From a virus: a DNA stretch of 64,000 nucleotides. Under the pieces are notes generated by a model. The model was not told where the DNA came from and ran no database searches. It saw only the letters and a list, made by a program, of their open reading frames with translations. How positions within the stretch are numbered: the stretch's first letter is position 1; each line of letters starts with the position of its first letter. Positions 18,825-28,506 of this stretch are shown here, piece by piece. Location: positions 9,896 through 73,895 of IMG/VR virus record IMGVR_UViG_3300048833_000100; one strand, given 5' to 3'. Both the position numbers and the translations under genes were made by a program.

Positions 18825-19445
18825 TCAGGCGCCGCGGGTCTTCAGGGCATAGCCCTCGAGTTCCCAGATCCTGTTGAAGGCGTTGTCGAAGGCCACTTTG
18901 CGGCCCATCTCTTCGTTGAAGTTGGTCGGATCAATCACGTTGGAATAGCCGACTACCTGCGAACCATTGGTCAGTCGCAGCACACAGACGGTCAGGGTGC
19001 CGTCGGGCAGATAGGTCTCGCTTTCCACCAGAGCCTTGAGGTGCTCCGGGGTCAGCCGGGTAGGCCCCTTCTCCACCGGCAGCACGTTCAGAGCCGTGCG
19101 AACCGCTGTGGTGAAGAGGGCATCCTTGATCCGCTGTTCGGGCGGCAGCTGGTTGTAGGGAACCATGCAGGGATGCTGCTTGAGGTCCGGGTCCTTGACC
19201 GGGCCATAGACCCACCCATCCGCTTCCTTGAAGGCCAGCCAGCCCTCATGGCTCTGCTCGGGCGTATGGTTCGGATTGGCTGCCAGAGCCTCGACACCAG
19301 CGATGGCCGAGTTCTTCTGCCAGTCCGGTGCCTCATCCCAGGGCAGGTGACTGTAATCGCCGATCCCCCGGCAATAGGCCCGGTTGATCTCATGGGCCAG
19401 AACGGCGGCTGCCAGGATGAACTTGCGTGCGATGGGACCGCTCAT
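18825..19445 (-). CDS. RyR-domain protein fused to an N4 gp49/Sf6 gp66-family domain
   Basis: SHEGWLAFKEADGWVYGPVKD...HPCMVPYNQLP (RyR repeat) plus LTVCVLRLTNG..VVGYS...NFNEEMGRKVAFDNAFNRIWELEGY. Confidence 0.75.
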   Translation of the reverse strand: MSGPIARKFILAAAVLAHEINRAYCRGIGDYSHLPWDEAPDWQKNSAIAGVEALAANPNHTPEQSHEGWLAFKEADGWVYGPVKDPDLKQHPCMVPYNQLPPEQRIKDALFTTAVRTALNVLPVEKGPTRLTPEHLKALVESETYLPDGTLTVCVLRLTNGSQVVGYSNVIDPTNFNEEMGRKVAFDNAFNRIWELEGYALKTRGA

Positions 19446-20089
19446 TCAGCTTGCCCCGCAGCAGCAGCCTGCTGGAGCGCCAGACGCTTCAGCTCGGTCT
19501 CGGTCAGTTGAGGCAGAACCTCGATGGCAAACTCGTTGACCCAACGGGTCTCCAGGCTGATGTTGGCCGGGTTCTTCGGGTCCACCTTCGACTTCTTCTG
19601 AAGGAAGCGACGCTCCTTCATCATCTCGTAGATGCAGACCGGCACATGGTAGCCCTCGTCAGTCATCTCACCGAAGGGGACATATTTCGTCACGATCCCG
19701 AGATACTTGTTCGAGAAAGTGAAGAACTCGCCGGGGATGTCCCGCTTGTCCGGGTTCAGGTTCGTCACCCGGATGCGGATAAGGCGCATGTTCTCTTCGA
19801 GGAGCTTCTTGCGGCGCTGTGCCTTCAGGTAACCGGGCGAGTGGTTCACGACCGGAGCCACGGCCTCTGCAGGGGCCTCGTCCGGCGTCGGGGGGACATC
19901 ATTCAGATGATCATTGATCTTCTTGCGAAGGGTCTCGAGGCCAATCTTCGGGGAGATCTGCAGGCCCATGGAGCGGGCACGTTCCTTCAGCAGGGTGAGC
20001 TCGTCGGGGCCAGTCCCCTCATCTTCGCCCACGTCGGCGTTGATGTCGCTTTCATCAACCTGGCTGGTCATGTCGGTCACGTCGTTCAT
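19442..20089 (-). CDS. N4 gp55-like protein
   Basis: DELTLLKERARSMGL and LIRIRVTNLNPDKRDIPGEFFT motifs; follows capsid gene. Confidence 0.85.
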   Translation of the reverse strand: MNDVTDMTSQVDESDINADVGEDEGTGPDELTLLKERARSMGLQISPKIGLETLRKKINDHLNDVPPTPDEAPAEAVAPVVNHSPGYLKAQRRKKLLEENMRLIRIRVTNLNPDKRDIPGEFFTFSNKYLGIVTKYVPFGEMTDEGYHVPVCIYEMMKERRFLQKKSKVDPKNPANISLETRWVNEFAIEVLPQLTETELKRLALQQAAAAGQAE

Positions 20090-20124
20090 TTGGCGTTCCT
20101 TCGAGGTGTGGTTTGGTGTGGTGT

Positions 20125-20152
20125 GAATAGGCCGGGGGATCCCGGCCTATTC
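20125..20152 (-). terminator. Hairpin after major capsid gene
   Basis: gaataggccggg-ggat-cccggcctattc perfect 12-bp stem. Confidence 0.6.
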
Positions 20153-20165
20153 CTCAGTCCCTGGA

Positions 20166-21617
20166 TCAGATCCGGGCGACGGTCTTGATCACGGCCAGAC
20201 GTTCCGGGCGCAGGATCATGGTGCCATACCACCACTTGATCGAGCTGAAGCCCGTCTCACCGAAGGGGTCGGTGCGATCGGCAGTGCTCTCGCCCGGCAT
20301 CTTGGTGATGATCTTGAACTTCATCATCTTGCCGCCGGTCTGGAAACCGATCGTGGTGAACGAGCCTTCGCCGATGCAGAGCATCGGGAACACGTCGTAG
20401 CGACCGCCCGTGGCCATGTAGCCGGGGTTGGTCTGCTCCAGAGCACCAGCGCCTGCCCAGTGCAGCATCTCGGGAACCACGACGAAACGGAAGTGGCCCA
20501 CCGAGCCGATCTCGCCGTTCAGGGTCGTGCCGCCCGCAGCATACTTGTGGACCGGGACAAAGGCCGGGTTGTTGAACTGGTCAACCATGCCCTCGACGGT
20601 GGCCTGCAGTTCCGAGCCGATGTAGATCACACGACCATGCGCGATGGTCTTCGTGTCGATCATCCGCGAGCCGGTGATGGCCGTGGTCCGGGTCGGGGTG
20701 CGGTTGTCATTGAGGATGCGGTGCAGACGCGACAGATCCTCATAGACGACTTCCGACGGCTCGGCTGCTTCATCGGCGCCCGTGATGCCAGCCACCGTGG
20801 TCGCATCGCCTGCGAAGACGACGACACCGGCACCAGACAGCAGGTCTTTCTGCAGCACGGCTTCGGTCAGCTGGTTCGCGCCAGTGATCATCTCGCGGCT
20901 CGTGTGAGCGTAAAGTTCCTCGTCCGAGTCGAAGTCCAGGGACTCCTGGGTGAACTCGCGGAAGAAACCCAGCTTGTGGATCGAGCCTTCGATCTGCAGA
21001 CGGGTGAAGCCGACACGGTTGTAGCGGCCGCCGTTCTCACCGATCATCGGCAGCTTGCCGTCGATCGTGCCGATGTCCTTCGAGGAACCATAGAGGTTGC
21101 CCGAACCGGGGGTTGCCACGGCACCGACGCCGAGAGCCACGACAGCGTTCTTCTCTGCAACCGAGGCATAGCGAGCGATCAGCGGGCCAGTCAGGGTGAT
21201 GGTGGCACGGCCAGCACCAGCCGAGTCATCCGCACCAGCAACAGCGACAACGGTGTCACCGATGTTGGCGTTGATCGCCGCGACGGCAGCAGCCTTGGCA
21301 CCGTTGGCGACGTTCAGCACCGAGCGCGGGAAGGAGACGAACCAGTCCGTGGTCAGGATGGTGGCGCCAGCTGCGTCAATGCCCTGGTCGTTGATGTTGC
21401 GAGCATCCAGCAGCGGCAGGTAGTGATGCAGCTTGATCTTCTTGCCGTAGTGCTTCGGCATCGAGGTCACTTCGGCCAGCTGGGAGAAATACATCTCTTT
21501 CGCCGCTTCGATGAGAGCCTTCCGTTGCCAGAAGAACTCGTTCATCTGCTTGTTGCCGGTGTTGCCTTCGATCGAGGCGGGAGTGCCGCCTGCGGGGTTG
21601 TTGTAGCGTTGGACCAT
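20166..21617 (-). CDS. Major capsid protein (N4 gp56-like)
   Basis: [41 protein letters not shown] and [16 protein letters not shown] motifs. Confidence 0.97.
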   Translation of the reverse strand: MVQRYNNPAGGTPASIEGNTGNKQMNEFFWQRKALIEAAKEMYFSQLAEVTSMPKHYGKKIKLHHYLPLLDARNINDQGIDAAGATILTTDWFVSFPRSVLNVANGAKAAAVAAINANIGDTVVAVAGADDSAGAGRATITLTGPLIARYASVAEKNAVVALGVGAVATPGSGNLYGSSKDIGTIDGKLPMIGENGGRYNRVGFTRLQIEGSIHKLGFFREFTQESLDFDSDEELYAHTSREMITGANQLTEAVLQKDLLSGAGVVVFAGDATTVAGITGADEAAEPSEVVYEDLSRLHRILNDNRTPTRTTAITGSRMIDTKTIAHGRVIYIGSELQATVEGMVDQFNNPAFVPVHKYAAGGTTLNGEIGSVGHFRFVVVPEMLHWAGAGALEQTNPGYMATGGRYDVFPMLCIGEGSFTTIGFQTGGKMMKFKIITKMPGESTADRTDPFGETGFSSIKWWYGTMILRPERLAVIKTVARI

Positions 21618-21633
21618 TTAAGGCCTCCTTGCG

Positions 21634-22827
21634 TCAGAACTTCGTGGGGATCGCCATGATCTGCTCATCAGTCATGGCAAATGGGTCGATCGCCGGTTTT
21701 GGCGTCGCCTTGGTCGTGCTGCCCGGAGCCGGAGAAATGGCTCGGGCTTGATCCCTCGTAGCAGTCGGCGCACGCGGACGGGCAGGACGGGTCTCCACAG
21801 GCTGAGGCTGCAACGCTGCCGGTCCGGGTGTCGGCGCTGCAGGCACCGATCCGGCTGGCAGTAGTTTGCCCGCATGGAAGAGCTCATCTCCAACCGTCTT
21901 GTAGGCTTGGATGAACGGGGTAGAACCGAACTGGCCCAGGATCTTCCGGCGCTCGATTTCAGCGGTGATCGTGGCATAGATGCCATTGGATCTCTGCTGG
22001 TCGATGACCTTCAGGATATTGGGATCGGCATAGGCGGCCTCTTTACTGACCGGGTCCCAGGTCTTGTGAACCATGGCGACAGTGGCCTTGCCCTCGTCGG
22101 ACAGATACAGGTCGTCAATGACTTCCTGCCACTGCATCTCATGGTCTGTGACCTTGTGGTTGCCCGGCTTGTAATCAGGCTCGGCGGTGGCATCGAGATC
22201 CATCGGATCGACTTTGCCATCGTGGAGCAGCTTCTGGATCGCCTTGGGATCTTTCTTCTCGAGGTCGATCAGAAAGCTGATCTTGTCTTCCTGCAGGAGC
22301 CCGTTGGTCTCGAGCATCCGCAGCATCTTCAGGTGAGGCTTCAGGCCCTGCATCTTCTTGGTGTAATTGGCCCCAAGCTGCGCCAGCTGGATCACCTCTT
22401 CCGGTGAACTGGGCGTGAACTCCCGACCATTGGCCCGGAAGGGCGCCATGATCTTCTTGTAGGCCTCTTCATAATTGACAGCCTCAGGCGCACCCGCGGT
22501 CACAGGGGCCTGAGGCTGAACAGCTGCCGTCGTGGCGGGAGGAGGAACCCCATCGGCAACTGCTTTGGATTGGGCATCCGGCTGGGCTACGGGAGGGGTA
22601 TCTCCCAGCTCATCATCCGGCACATCCTCCTCGGCCCCCTGCCCGACCGGCTGGTCGCCGGTCTCTGCAGGGGCCTCGGTTTGCCCACCATCATCAACGA
22701 CCTCGCCAGTCTCGACGAGGTCTTCTTCAGGCTCGGTGACAGCACCCTGATCCGGTGCTGCGGCCGGAGCCTCCATCATGTTCATGATGTCCTCGTCGGA
22801 CATCGAGGCGAGGTCGATGCCACTCAT
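21634..22827 (-). CDS. N4 gp57-like protein (often annotated tape measure/scaffold)
   Basis: APFRANGREF...QLGANYTKKMQ; SMSDEDI and AMTDEQI end motifs. Confidence 0.85.
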   Translation of the reverse strand: MSGIDLASMSDEDIMNMMEAPAAAPDQGAVTEPEEDLVETGEVVDDGGQTEAPAETGDQPVGQGAEEDVPDDELGDTPPVAQPDAQSKAVADGVPPPATTAAVQPQAPVTAGAPEAVNYEEAYKKIMAPFRANGREFTPSSPEEVIQLAQLGANYTKKMQGLKPHLKMLRMLETNGLLQEDKISFLIDLEKKDPKAIQKLLHDGKVDPMDLDATAEPDYKPGNHKVTDHEMQWQEVIDDLYLSDEGKATVAMVHKTWDPVSKEAAYADPNILKVIDQQRSNGIYATITAEIERRKILGQFGSTPFIQAYKTVGDELFHAGKLLPAGSVPAAPTPGPAALQPQPVETRPARPRAPTATRDQARAISPAPGSTTKATPKPAIDPFAMTDEQIMAIPTKF

Positions 22828-23159
22828 TCTGCAGCGGCCTCCGCCAGGAGTTCGTCACGGGCTTCATCGAGCGTCTTCAGCTCTTCTTCCATCAGGGCGC
22901 CCTGCTGCTCGATGCGGCGGAAGAACTGCTGGAGCTTCGAGATCATGTCGAGTTCCGAGATGATCTCGGCGCGGTGCTGCACGAGACCCGGCTCGGCGAT
23001 GATCGAAGTCAGACGCTGCGGCTCTTCCTTGAACAGGTGCTCCAGGATCAGGGCCTTGAACTCACGGTTGGTTGCGAGCTTCTCGAGGGCCTGCTTCCGC
23101 TTCACCATGGCCTTGGCGTCTTCAATGCGGATCTCGACTTCTTGCAGTTCGGGGTTCAT
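22824..23159 (-). CDS. N4 gp58-like protein
   Basis: Coiled-coil 111 aa, ALEKLATNREFKALI; lies between portal and gp57. Confidence 0.8.
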   Translation of the reverse strand: MNPELQEVEIRIEDAKAMVKRKQALEKLATNREFKALILEHLFKEEPQRLTSIIAEPGLVQHRAEIISELDMISKLQQFFRRIEQQGALMEEELKTLDEARDELLAEAAAE

Positions 23160-23220
23160 TTTTTGCTCCTGGGGTGGTTCGGTGTGGTGTGGTGTGGCAA
23201 TCTTATGTGGTTTTTGCGCA

Positions 23221-25455
23221 TCACGTCAACATCTCACCAGCTGCCCTGACTTTCAGGGCCTGTCCGAGATCCACGGCTTGCGTGTCCTTGTCCCGTGGCT
23301 CGAGCATCCGCTTGGTGATCTCGAGCATCTGGTTCGCCTTGGCCTGCTGACCGAGCTTGTCCATCTCGCGGGCATGTGTGGTGCCGGTTTCCTGCTCGAT
23401 GAAGTCGAGATCCTTCATGTCCGCATCCGAGCCAAGGGCTCGAGCTCGTGCCATGGTCTCCTGGATCTTGGCCTGTGCCAGAGCAGCGTTCGACTGTGCC
23501 AGTGCAGCTCGTGCCCGCTCCTCGGCGATCTCCGCCTCGATCTTGGCCACCTCCAGCTCCTTCAGCTTCTGAGCCACTGGATCCGGCTGCGGCTTGAAGT
23601 TCTCGATCGCGTGGGCCAGTTCCGGCATCCGCTTCAGACGAGCGATCTCGGAGAGGATCTTCTGGGTCATCTCGAAGGGCAGCGTCTGGCCAAGGGTCTG
23701 GAGCATGAAGCCCAGATCCTGCGCCTTGGCTTCGTCCACCTCGGCCGTCGAGATGTCGACCTCGATGTTGTGCTCACCGCGGAGATCCTGCGGGTTCACC
23801 CGGATGGCCACCTCATTGGTGATCTGGGTGATCTCTTCGTCGGTCATGAAGAGCTGGTTCATGGTGATCAGCTTGCGGCCGATCTCCTCCATCCCTTGAG
23901 CCAACCGCCGCAGGATCGACATCTCCCGCTTGGAGGCTGCATCCAGAAGCCCTCGGATCCCGGCAGCCACCTCACCATAGGCCTCGCCCGAGAGCCCGCC
24001 AGAGAAGGCCTTGACCCCGGTCAGGGCTTCGGCTTCCTGGTTCTGGAGCTGCAGCATGGCCATGGCCGAGCCAGGGATCTCGGGATACTTGTGCTGGTGG
24101 ATGCCGAGGTCCGGCCCGACATTCGGGTTGAACTCGTAATCCTGCCCGGAGTCATACCGCCGACGGTTCACCGTATCGAGCATGCCACGGGCAAAGCCGG
24201 TCTGACCGTTGGCACTCTTACCAAGCAGGTCGATCATCCCACGGGTCAATGCCCCCAGGATGGCCTGATTGTCTTCCAGAAGCTCGGCATCCGGCTCCCC
24301 GGCTACCGACTTGCGGATCGGCATATAGGGCACCACCACCAGCGGGATCTTCTTGTCGGGATAGGGGTTCTCCTCCATCCGAACCATGACATCCCCGACC
24401 CATGTGGCCACGATCGGGACCAACGTGTCGTTGCCGTGGATGTCGTAGAAGCCCCAGTATTCATAGGCCACGACCACCTTGCGGAGATCGTCCTTGAACT
24501 GATGGCTCGCGTTGATGATCGAGGTGGCGTGATCAGCATTGAACAACGGTGCCGCATTGGCCCAGTTCACCTGATCCAGGTTCTTGTATCGCCCATCCTT
24601 CAGCATCTTGGCCTTCGAGGTCTCGAAGCTCACGACGGCGAAGTTGGCGCGGTCCAGATCCCCGTTGCAGTTCGGGTCGATGTAGACATTCTCGAAGTCG
24701 ATGATGTCGAGGGTCGGGTGGTTGCGGATGACCTCCTCTTCCTCAACGATCGTCGTGCCGTTCTGCTGGGCAAAGAAGGGAGCCCCCATCTCCTGGGAAT
24801 AGTAGGCCGCCTCCTGCATCTCCGGCGCCAGATCCTCGAACCCCTGCGGGTTCTGGGTGATCATGGCGATAGCTTGCTCGAGCATCTGCAGGGTCTGCTG
24901 ATCCATCGGATCAACTGGGAAGAAGGCGTAGGTCGGAACCTCCTTCTGAACCATGCGACTGTCTCGCAGCCAGCCCGGACGCACAACCACAGTGCCTTCA
25001 TCGACCGCGGTGCGGACAAACTCGTCGACGAACTTCACCCGGTTGAGCTTGGTCCGCATCTGATGGTTCACTACCATCTCATCCTGCCGGGCGATCTTCG
25101 CATCCTCGAAGGTCTTGGGCGTGGCGTTGAACAGCTTCTCCGACGACAGGAACGGTTCCGACAGCGGGGCATAGCGCCACTCGTTCTGTCGACGGACCAG
25201 CTTCGGCTCGATCGTCGAGCGGTTCGGTTTGAGCTTATCCTTGGCTTTTCGCTTCGCTTCTCGGAGCTCCAGCCACCGCTTGATCTTGATGACCTGGGCA
25301 TCATGTGCCGGTTTGGCCATCTCCAGATCCTCTTTCAGGGTCTGGACCGAGGGCTCGTTCTTCCAGTCGGTCAGCTTCCCAGGACCCTGGATCTCTTTCA
25401 GGTCATCCTCCTGATCGAGCAGTTCTTCGTCCGAGAGCTCATGGTTCGGGAGCAT
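23221..25455 (-). CDS. Portal protein (N4 gp59-like)
   Basis: LTDWKNEPS, PKLVRRQNEWRYAPLSEPFLS and EAEALTGVKAFSGG motifs. Confidence 0.96.
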   Translation of the reverse strand: MLPNHELSDEELLDQEDDLKEIQGPGKLTDWKNEPSVQTLKEDLEMAKPAHDAQVIKIKRWLELREAKRKAKDKLKPNRSTIEPKLVRRQNEWRYAPLSEPFLSSEKLFNATPKTFEDAKIARQDEMVVNHQMRTKLNRVKFVDEFVRTAVDEGTVVVRPGWLRDSRMVQKEVPTYAFFPVDPMDQQTLQMLEQAIAMITQNPQGFEDLAPEMQEAAYYSQEMGAPFFAQQNGTTIVEEEEVIRNHPTLDIIDFENVYIDPNCNGDLDRANFAVVSFETSKAKMLKDGRYKNLDQVNWANAAPLFNADHATSIINASHQFKDDLRKVVVAYEYWGFYDIHGNDTLVPIVATWVGDVMVRMEENPYPDKKIPLVVVPYMPIRKSVAGEPDAELLEDNQAILGALTRGMIDLLGKSANGQTGFARGMLDTVNRRRYDSGQDYEFNPNVGPDLGIHQHKYPEIPGSAMAMLQLQNQEAEALTGVKAFSGGLSGEAYGEVAAGIRGLLDAASKREMSILRRLAQGMEEIGRKLITMNQLFMTDEEITQITNEVAIRVNPQDLRGEHNIEVDISTAEVDEAKAQDLGFMLQTLGQTLPFEMTQKILSEIARLKRMPELAHAIENFKPQPDPVAQKLKELEVAKIEAEIAEERARAALAQSNAALAQAKIQETMARARALGSDADMKDLDFIEQETGTTHAREMDKLGQQAKANQMLEITKRMLEPRDKDTQAVDLGQALKVRAAGEMLT

Positions 25456-25457
25456 GT

Positions 25458-26150
25458 TCAACCTCTGCTGTGTGTGGTGCCATAGGCACTGAGGGAGGTG
25501 CCGTAGGCATCTGCCGGATTGTGGGCTCCACCGGAGCGGATGAATTTGGAGAGACCCCCGAAGCCTCCGAGGTGAGCCATGGCTCGCATCCCGTCCCAGG
25601 TAACAGGGGTGCCATTGATGGTCTGGCCCACATAGCGGTCATAGCCCGCCTTGCGGATCCGGTTGTCGATGTCATTGAAGTGCCAGTTGGAGGCGGCGAT
25701 CTGAGCATTGCGATCGGCCCGGAACTGCTCGCGGGTCATCTCGGGGATGACACCTGCGGCCACAGCCTCGGCACGTCGGGCCTGAGAGAACTGTAGGATG
25801 CCGTCATGTCCGACACCGCCTGAGCCCTGCACATCGTTGTAGGCATCCCACCGACCACCGGACTCGGTGCCGATCAGGGACCGAGGCACGTTGTCGGCAA
25901 AGCCCATGGCTGCCCAGTTGTCATTGCCGGAGCCAGGAGGCAACGGTCCCATGCCTTGGGGAGCTGGACCTTGTCCGGTCCAGCTCAGATCCTTGGCGGC
26001 GACCGCATCACGACGCTCCCTTGCCCCCTCCCCGATACTACCAAGCTGAGCCCATGCCGATTGCAATAGGCCCTGAGATCGAGCCTGGGTTGCCTGGATC
26101 ATCGAGGTGATGTCAGGCAGTGGAGCCACTGGGGAAGGAAGGGGTGCCAT
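25458..26150 (-). CDS. Putative lysozyme-like/lytic transglycosylase virion protein
   Basis: LIGTESGG, GILQF and AMAHLGG motifs resemble a lysozyme-like fold. Confidence 0.6.
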   Translation of the reverse strand: MAPLPSPVAPLPDITSMIQATQARSQGLLQSAWAQLGSIGEGARERRDAVAAKDLSWTGQGPAPQGMGPLPPGSGNDNWAAMGFADNVPRSLIGTESGGRWDAYNDVQGSGGVGHDGILQFSQARRAEAVAAGVIPEMTREQFRADRNAQIAASNWHFNDIDNRIRKAGYDRYVGQTINGTPVTWDGMRAMAHLGGFGGLSKFIRSGGAHNPADAYGTSLSAYGTTHSRG

Positions 26151-26167
26151 GATGTGGTCTCCTTGGC

Positions 26168-26398
26168 TTAGGTCAGGCCGCCACGTTTCTTGGCCCAGAA
26201 CCGCCAGCCGATCCCGGTTGCGACAGAGGCGGTGCCACTGAGGGCCATCGTCAGTCCCACGGCGGCGGCGTTGGCGACCTCCTGGACATCAATGCAGAAC
26301 TGGGTTTCGGCTCGTGCAGTCAGGATGCCTGCGGTGACGAGGGCGGAGCCTGCCAGAAGCAGGATGTAGCGGATGATGAGAGCAATGGCGCCTTGCAT
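26168..26398 (-). CDS. Putative holin/membrane protein
   Basis: Two TM segments, basic C-terminus KKRGGLT, adjacent to endolysin. Confidence 0.65.
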   Translation of the reverse strand: MQGAIALIIRYILLLAGSALVTAGILTARAETQFCIDVQEVANAAAVGLTMALSGTASVATGIGWRFWAKKRGGLT

Positions 26399-26419
26399 GG
26401 GCGATCCTTTCGGTTGGGG

Positions 26420-27115
26420 TTAGAAGGAGACTTCAGGCGCTGCGACCAGAGAGGCCTGCAGCGATGCACGGGTCTTGGGTCCGATCACACCATCCGCCAC
26501 GAGGCCCTTGGCCCGCTGGTAGGGAACGACATAGCCGTAGCCGAGATAGCGCAGAGCCAGCTGATCCCAGCGAGCCAGCCGGTCAGCCAGACCGTTGGTG
26601 CCGCCGTTGATCCGCTTGGAGAGGCCCACCAAGTCGCCCTTGTCGGCGAACTTGTTCAGGCCATTGGTCGACCAGAACCACATCACCGAGAGCCCTTCCC
26701 AGGGATCCGTATTGATGAGGTCCGGGTTTGATCGGAAGTCAGGAACTGCCAGACCGATCACCCCGGCGAGATCCTCACACCAGTCCTGATACCGGGCGAT
26801 GTTGTAGCCGCCCGTGACCTGGAGAGGTCCCCTGCCCCGGTTCTTGTAACCGTCGCCATCCACCATCTTGGTGTTGCCGAGATCGGTGCGGGTGTCATAC
26901 CGCTTCTGTGCCGGGGTCGGTCCCCAGATCTCCTGGTCATATTTGAAGTCGAGGGACTCATGCCCAACCTGAGCCAGCATCGGCACCAGACGGTGCGGCC
27001 GAGTCAGTCCGACGGTCTCTCCAAGCAGCTGCAGCCCCTTGTGAAGAGAGGCGGCATTGCTGCGGTTCTTGGCGCGGGTGAGCTCTACAAGAGCATCGAG
27101 GGTCAGTTCACCCAT
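26420..27115 (-). CDS. Endolysin, GH19 domain plus C-terminal peptidoglycan-binding domain
   Basis: LAQVGHES, RGRGPLQVTG..N and SKRINGGTNGLADR; YQRAKGLVADGVIGPKT. Confidence 0.92.
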   Translation of the reverse strand: MGELTLDALVELTRAKNRSNAASLHKGLQLLGETVGLTRPHRLVPMLAQVGHESLDFKYDQEIWGPTPAQKRYDTRTDLGNTKMVDGDGYKNRGRGPLQVTGGYNIARYQDWCEDLAGVIGLAVPDFRSNPDLINTDPWEGLSVMWFWSTNGLNKFADKGDLVGLSKRINGGTNGLADRLARWDQLALRYLGYGYVVPYQRAKGLVADGVIGPKTRASLQASLVAAPEVSF

Positions 27116-27169
27116 ATCATGTCTCCAATGGTTCGGCTGGATTAAACCACATCATACCACACCACACCA

Positions 27170-27763
27170 TCATTTAGGAGGGTCCAACTGGAAGAAGACG
27201 GTATCGGTCTCCTCGAAGGCGTCGATGTAGGCGCCACCGGGTCCGAAGGGGCAGGAGAACTTCAGAGACAAGGCGACCCCTGCCCGGCCGGGCAGCAGGG
27301 TCGCCGGGGGAGTCAGGGTGAGATTCACCCGCTCGGGATTTTCGGAGAGCTGCTTGATGGCCGGCAGGGGTTCCCCTGCGAAGGCGATGTCTCGACCGTC
27401 AATGTAGATCGGCATGGCGGTGAGGAAATTGCAGAGCGTTCCCTTCCGGGTGCTTGAGATCACCATGGTCAGGTCGAGCTCTTCGCCCTTTCTCACTGGC
27501 TCGGTGACATAGCTGTGACCGGGGAGCATACGGATCAACCTATTCTCCCCGGTCACCTGGTTGAGCTGTTCCTGGAACTTCCGCAGGTCATCCCGTGTCG
27601 CCACGTTCAGATCGGCCTGCAGCTTGGCAATGAAATGGGGCCAGGCCAGCGTGAAGACAAACCCACCGACGATGCCAGAGATCGAGACGATCAGGGTGGA
27701 GAGGAAGATGGCATCCTTGACGACGGATGCGAACCGCTGAAAGCGGGAAACCGGATCGCTCAT
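27170..27763 (-). CDS. Membrane-anchored hypothetical protein
   Basis: N-terminal TM helix; lies in the lysis region. Confidence 0.7.
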   Translation of the reverse strand: MSDPVSRFQRFASVVKDAIFLSTLIVSISGIVGGFVFTLAWPHFIAKLQADLNVATRDDLRKFQEQLNQVTGENRLIRMLPGHSYVTEPVRKGEELDLTMVISSTRKGTLCNFLTAMPIYIDGRDIAFAGEPLPAIKQLSENPERVNLTLTPPATLLPGRAGVALSLKFSCPFGPGGAYIDAFEETDTVFFQLDPPK

Positions 27764-27866
27764 GGCGCACTCCAGAAAGGGTTGGGGGGAGCCGGAGCGT
27801 TCAGCGCACAGAGGTGGTGAGGTCTTCCTATTCCCAGCATAGGCGAGTTTCCCGCATCACACCAGA

Positions 27867-28499
27867 TCACATCAAAGCAAGCGCATCGAGAGCCGTCTGC
27901 AGATGAGACTGTGCATCCTCGGTATCGGCAGCCGCCACGATCAGCTGGATGGTGCTCTGCCGGATCTTCTCGATCGCGGCCGCCACGGGGCGCCAGAGAG
28001 CCGCCATGTTGATCCATAGCTGCGCCAGCTCATAGGCCGTTGGCGCCGTGATCCCGACCTCCTCCACCAGGAATGGATAATCGGTCAGGGTTTCCGGCAG
28101 ACTTGCCAGATAGCTGATCGCCTCAGCTTCCTTGGCCATGTAGATCATGTCCTGGCCGGGCAGCACTGTGATATATTTGCCACGAACCATCGCCACAGCC
28201 GAGTTCAGCTGGGCAACCGCCTGAGCCTTTGCCTCCGGCAGGCTCAGGCTGGGCAACAGCACAGAGGTTGTCAGCACGTCGACGGGTCCAAAGATCCCAT
28301 CCACCATCCCATAGATCACACCGTCCTCGAGCAGCCCTACCGGGACCGGCAGCTGCTCGAGATCTTTCGGGATGGACCCATCCTGTTGAAACCAGAGCAT
28401 CCCCTCCGGGATCAGCTCAGGCAGCAGGGAGCTGTCATTGGCTCCCATGCTCTGGATCTCGCCTGTGGGAGAAAGAGTGACATATTTCACATTCGGCAT
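27867..28499 (-). CDS. Tail fibre-associated/chaperone-like protein
   Basis: RGKYITVLPGQDMIYMAKEAEA...YPFLVEEVGITAPT; directly downstream of tail fibre. Confidence 0.65.
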   Translation of the reverse strand: MPNVKYVTLSPTGEIQSMGANDSSLLPELIPEGMLWFQQDGSIPKDLEQLPVPVGLLEDGVIYGMVDGIFGPVDVLTTSVLLPSLSLPEAKAQAVAQLNSAVAMVRGKYITVLPGQDMIYMAKEAEAISYLASLPETLTDYPFLVEEVGITAPTAYELAQLWINMAALWRPVAAAIEKIRQSTIQLIVAAADTEDAQSHLQTALDALALM

Positions 28500-28506
28500 G
28501 GGTATC

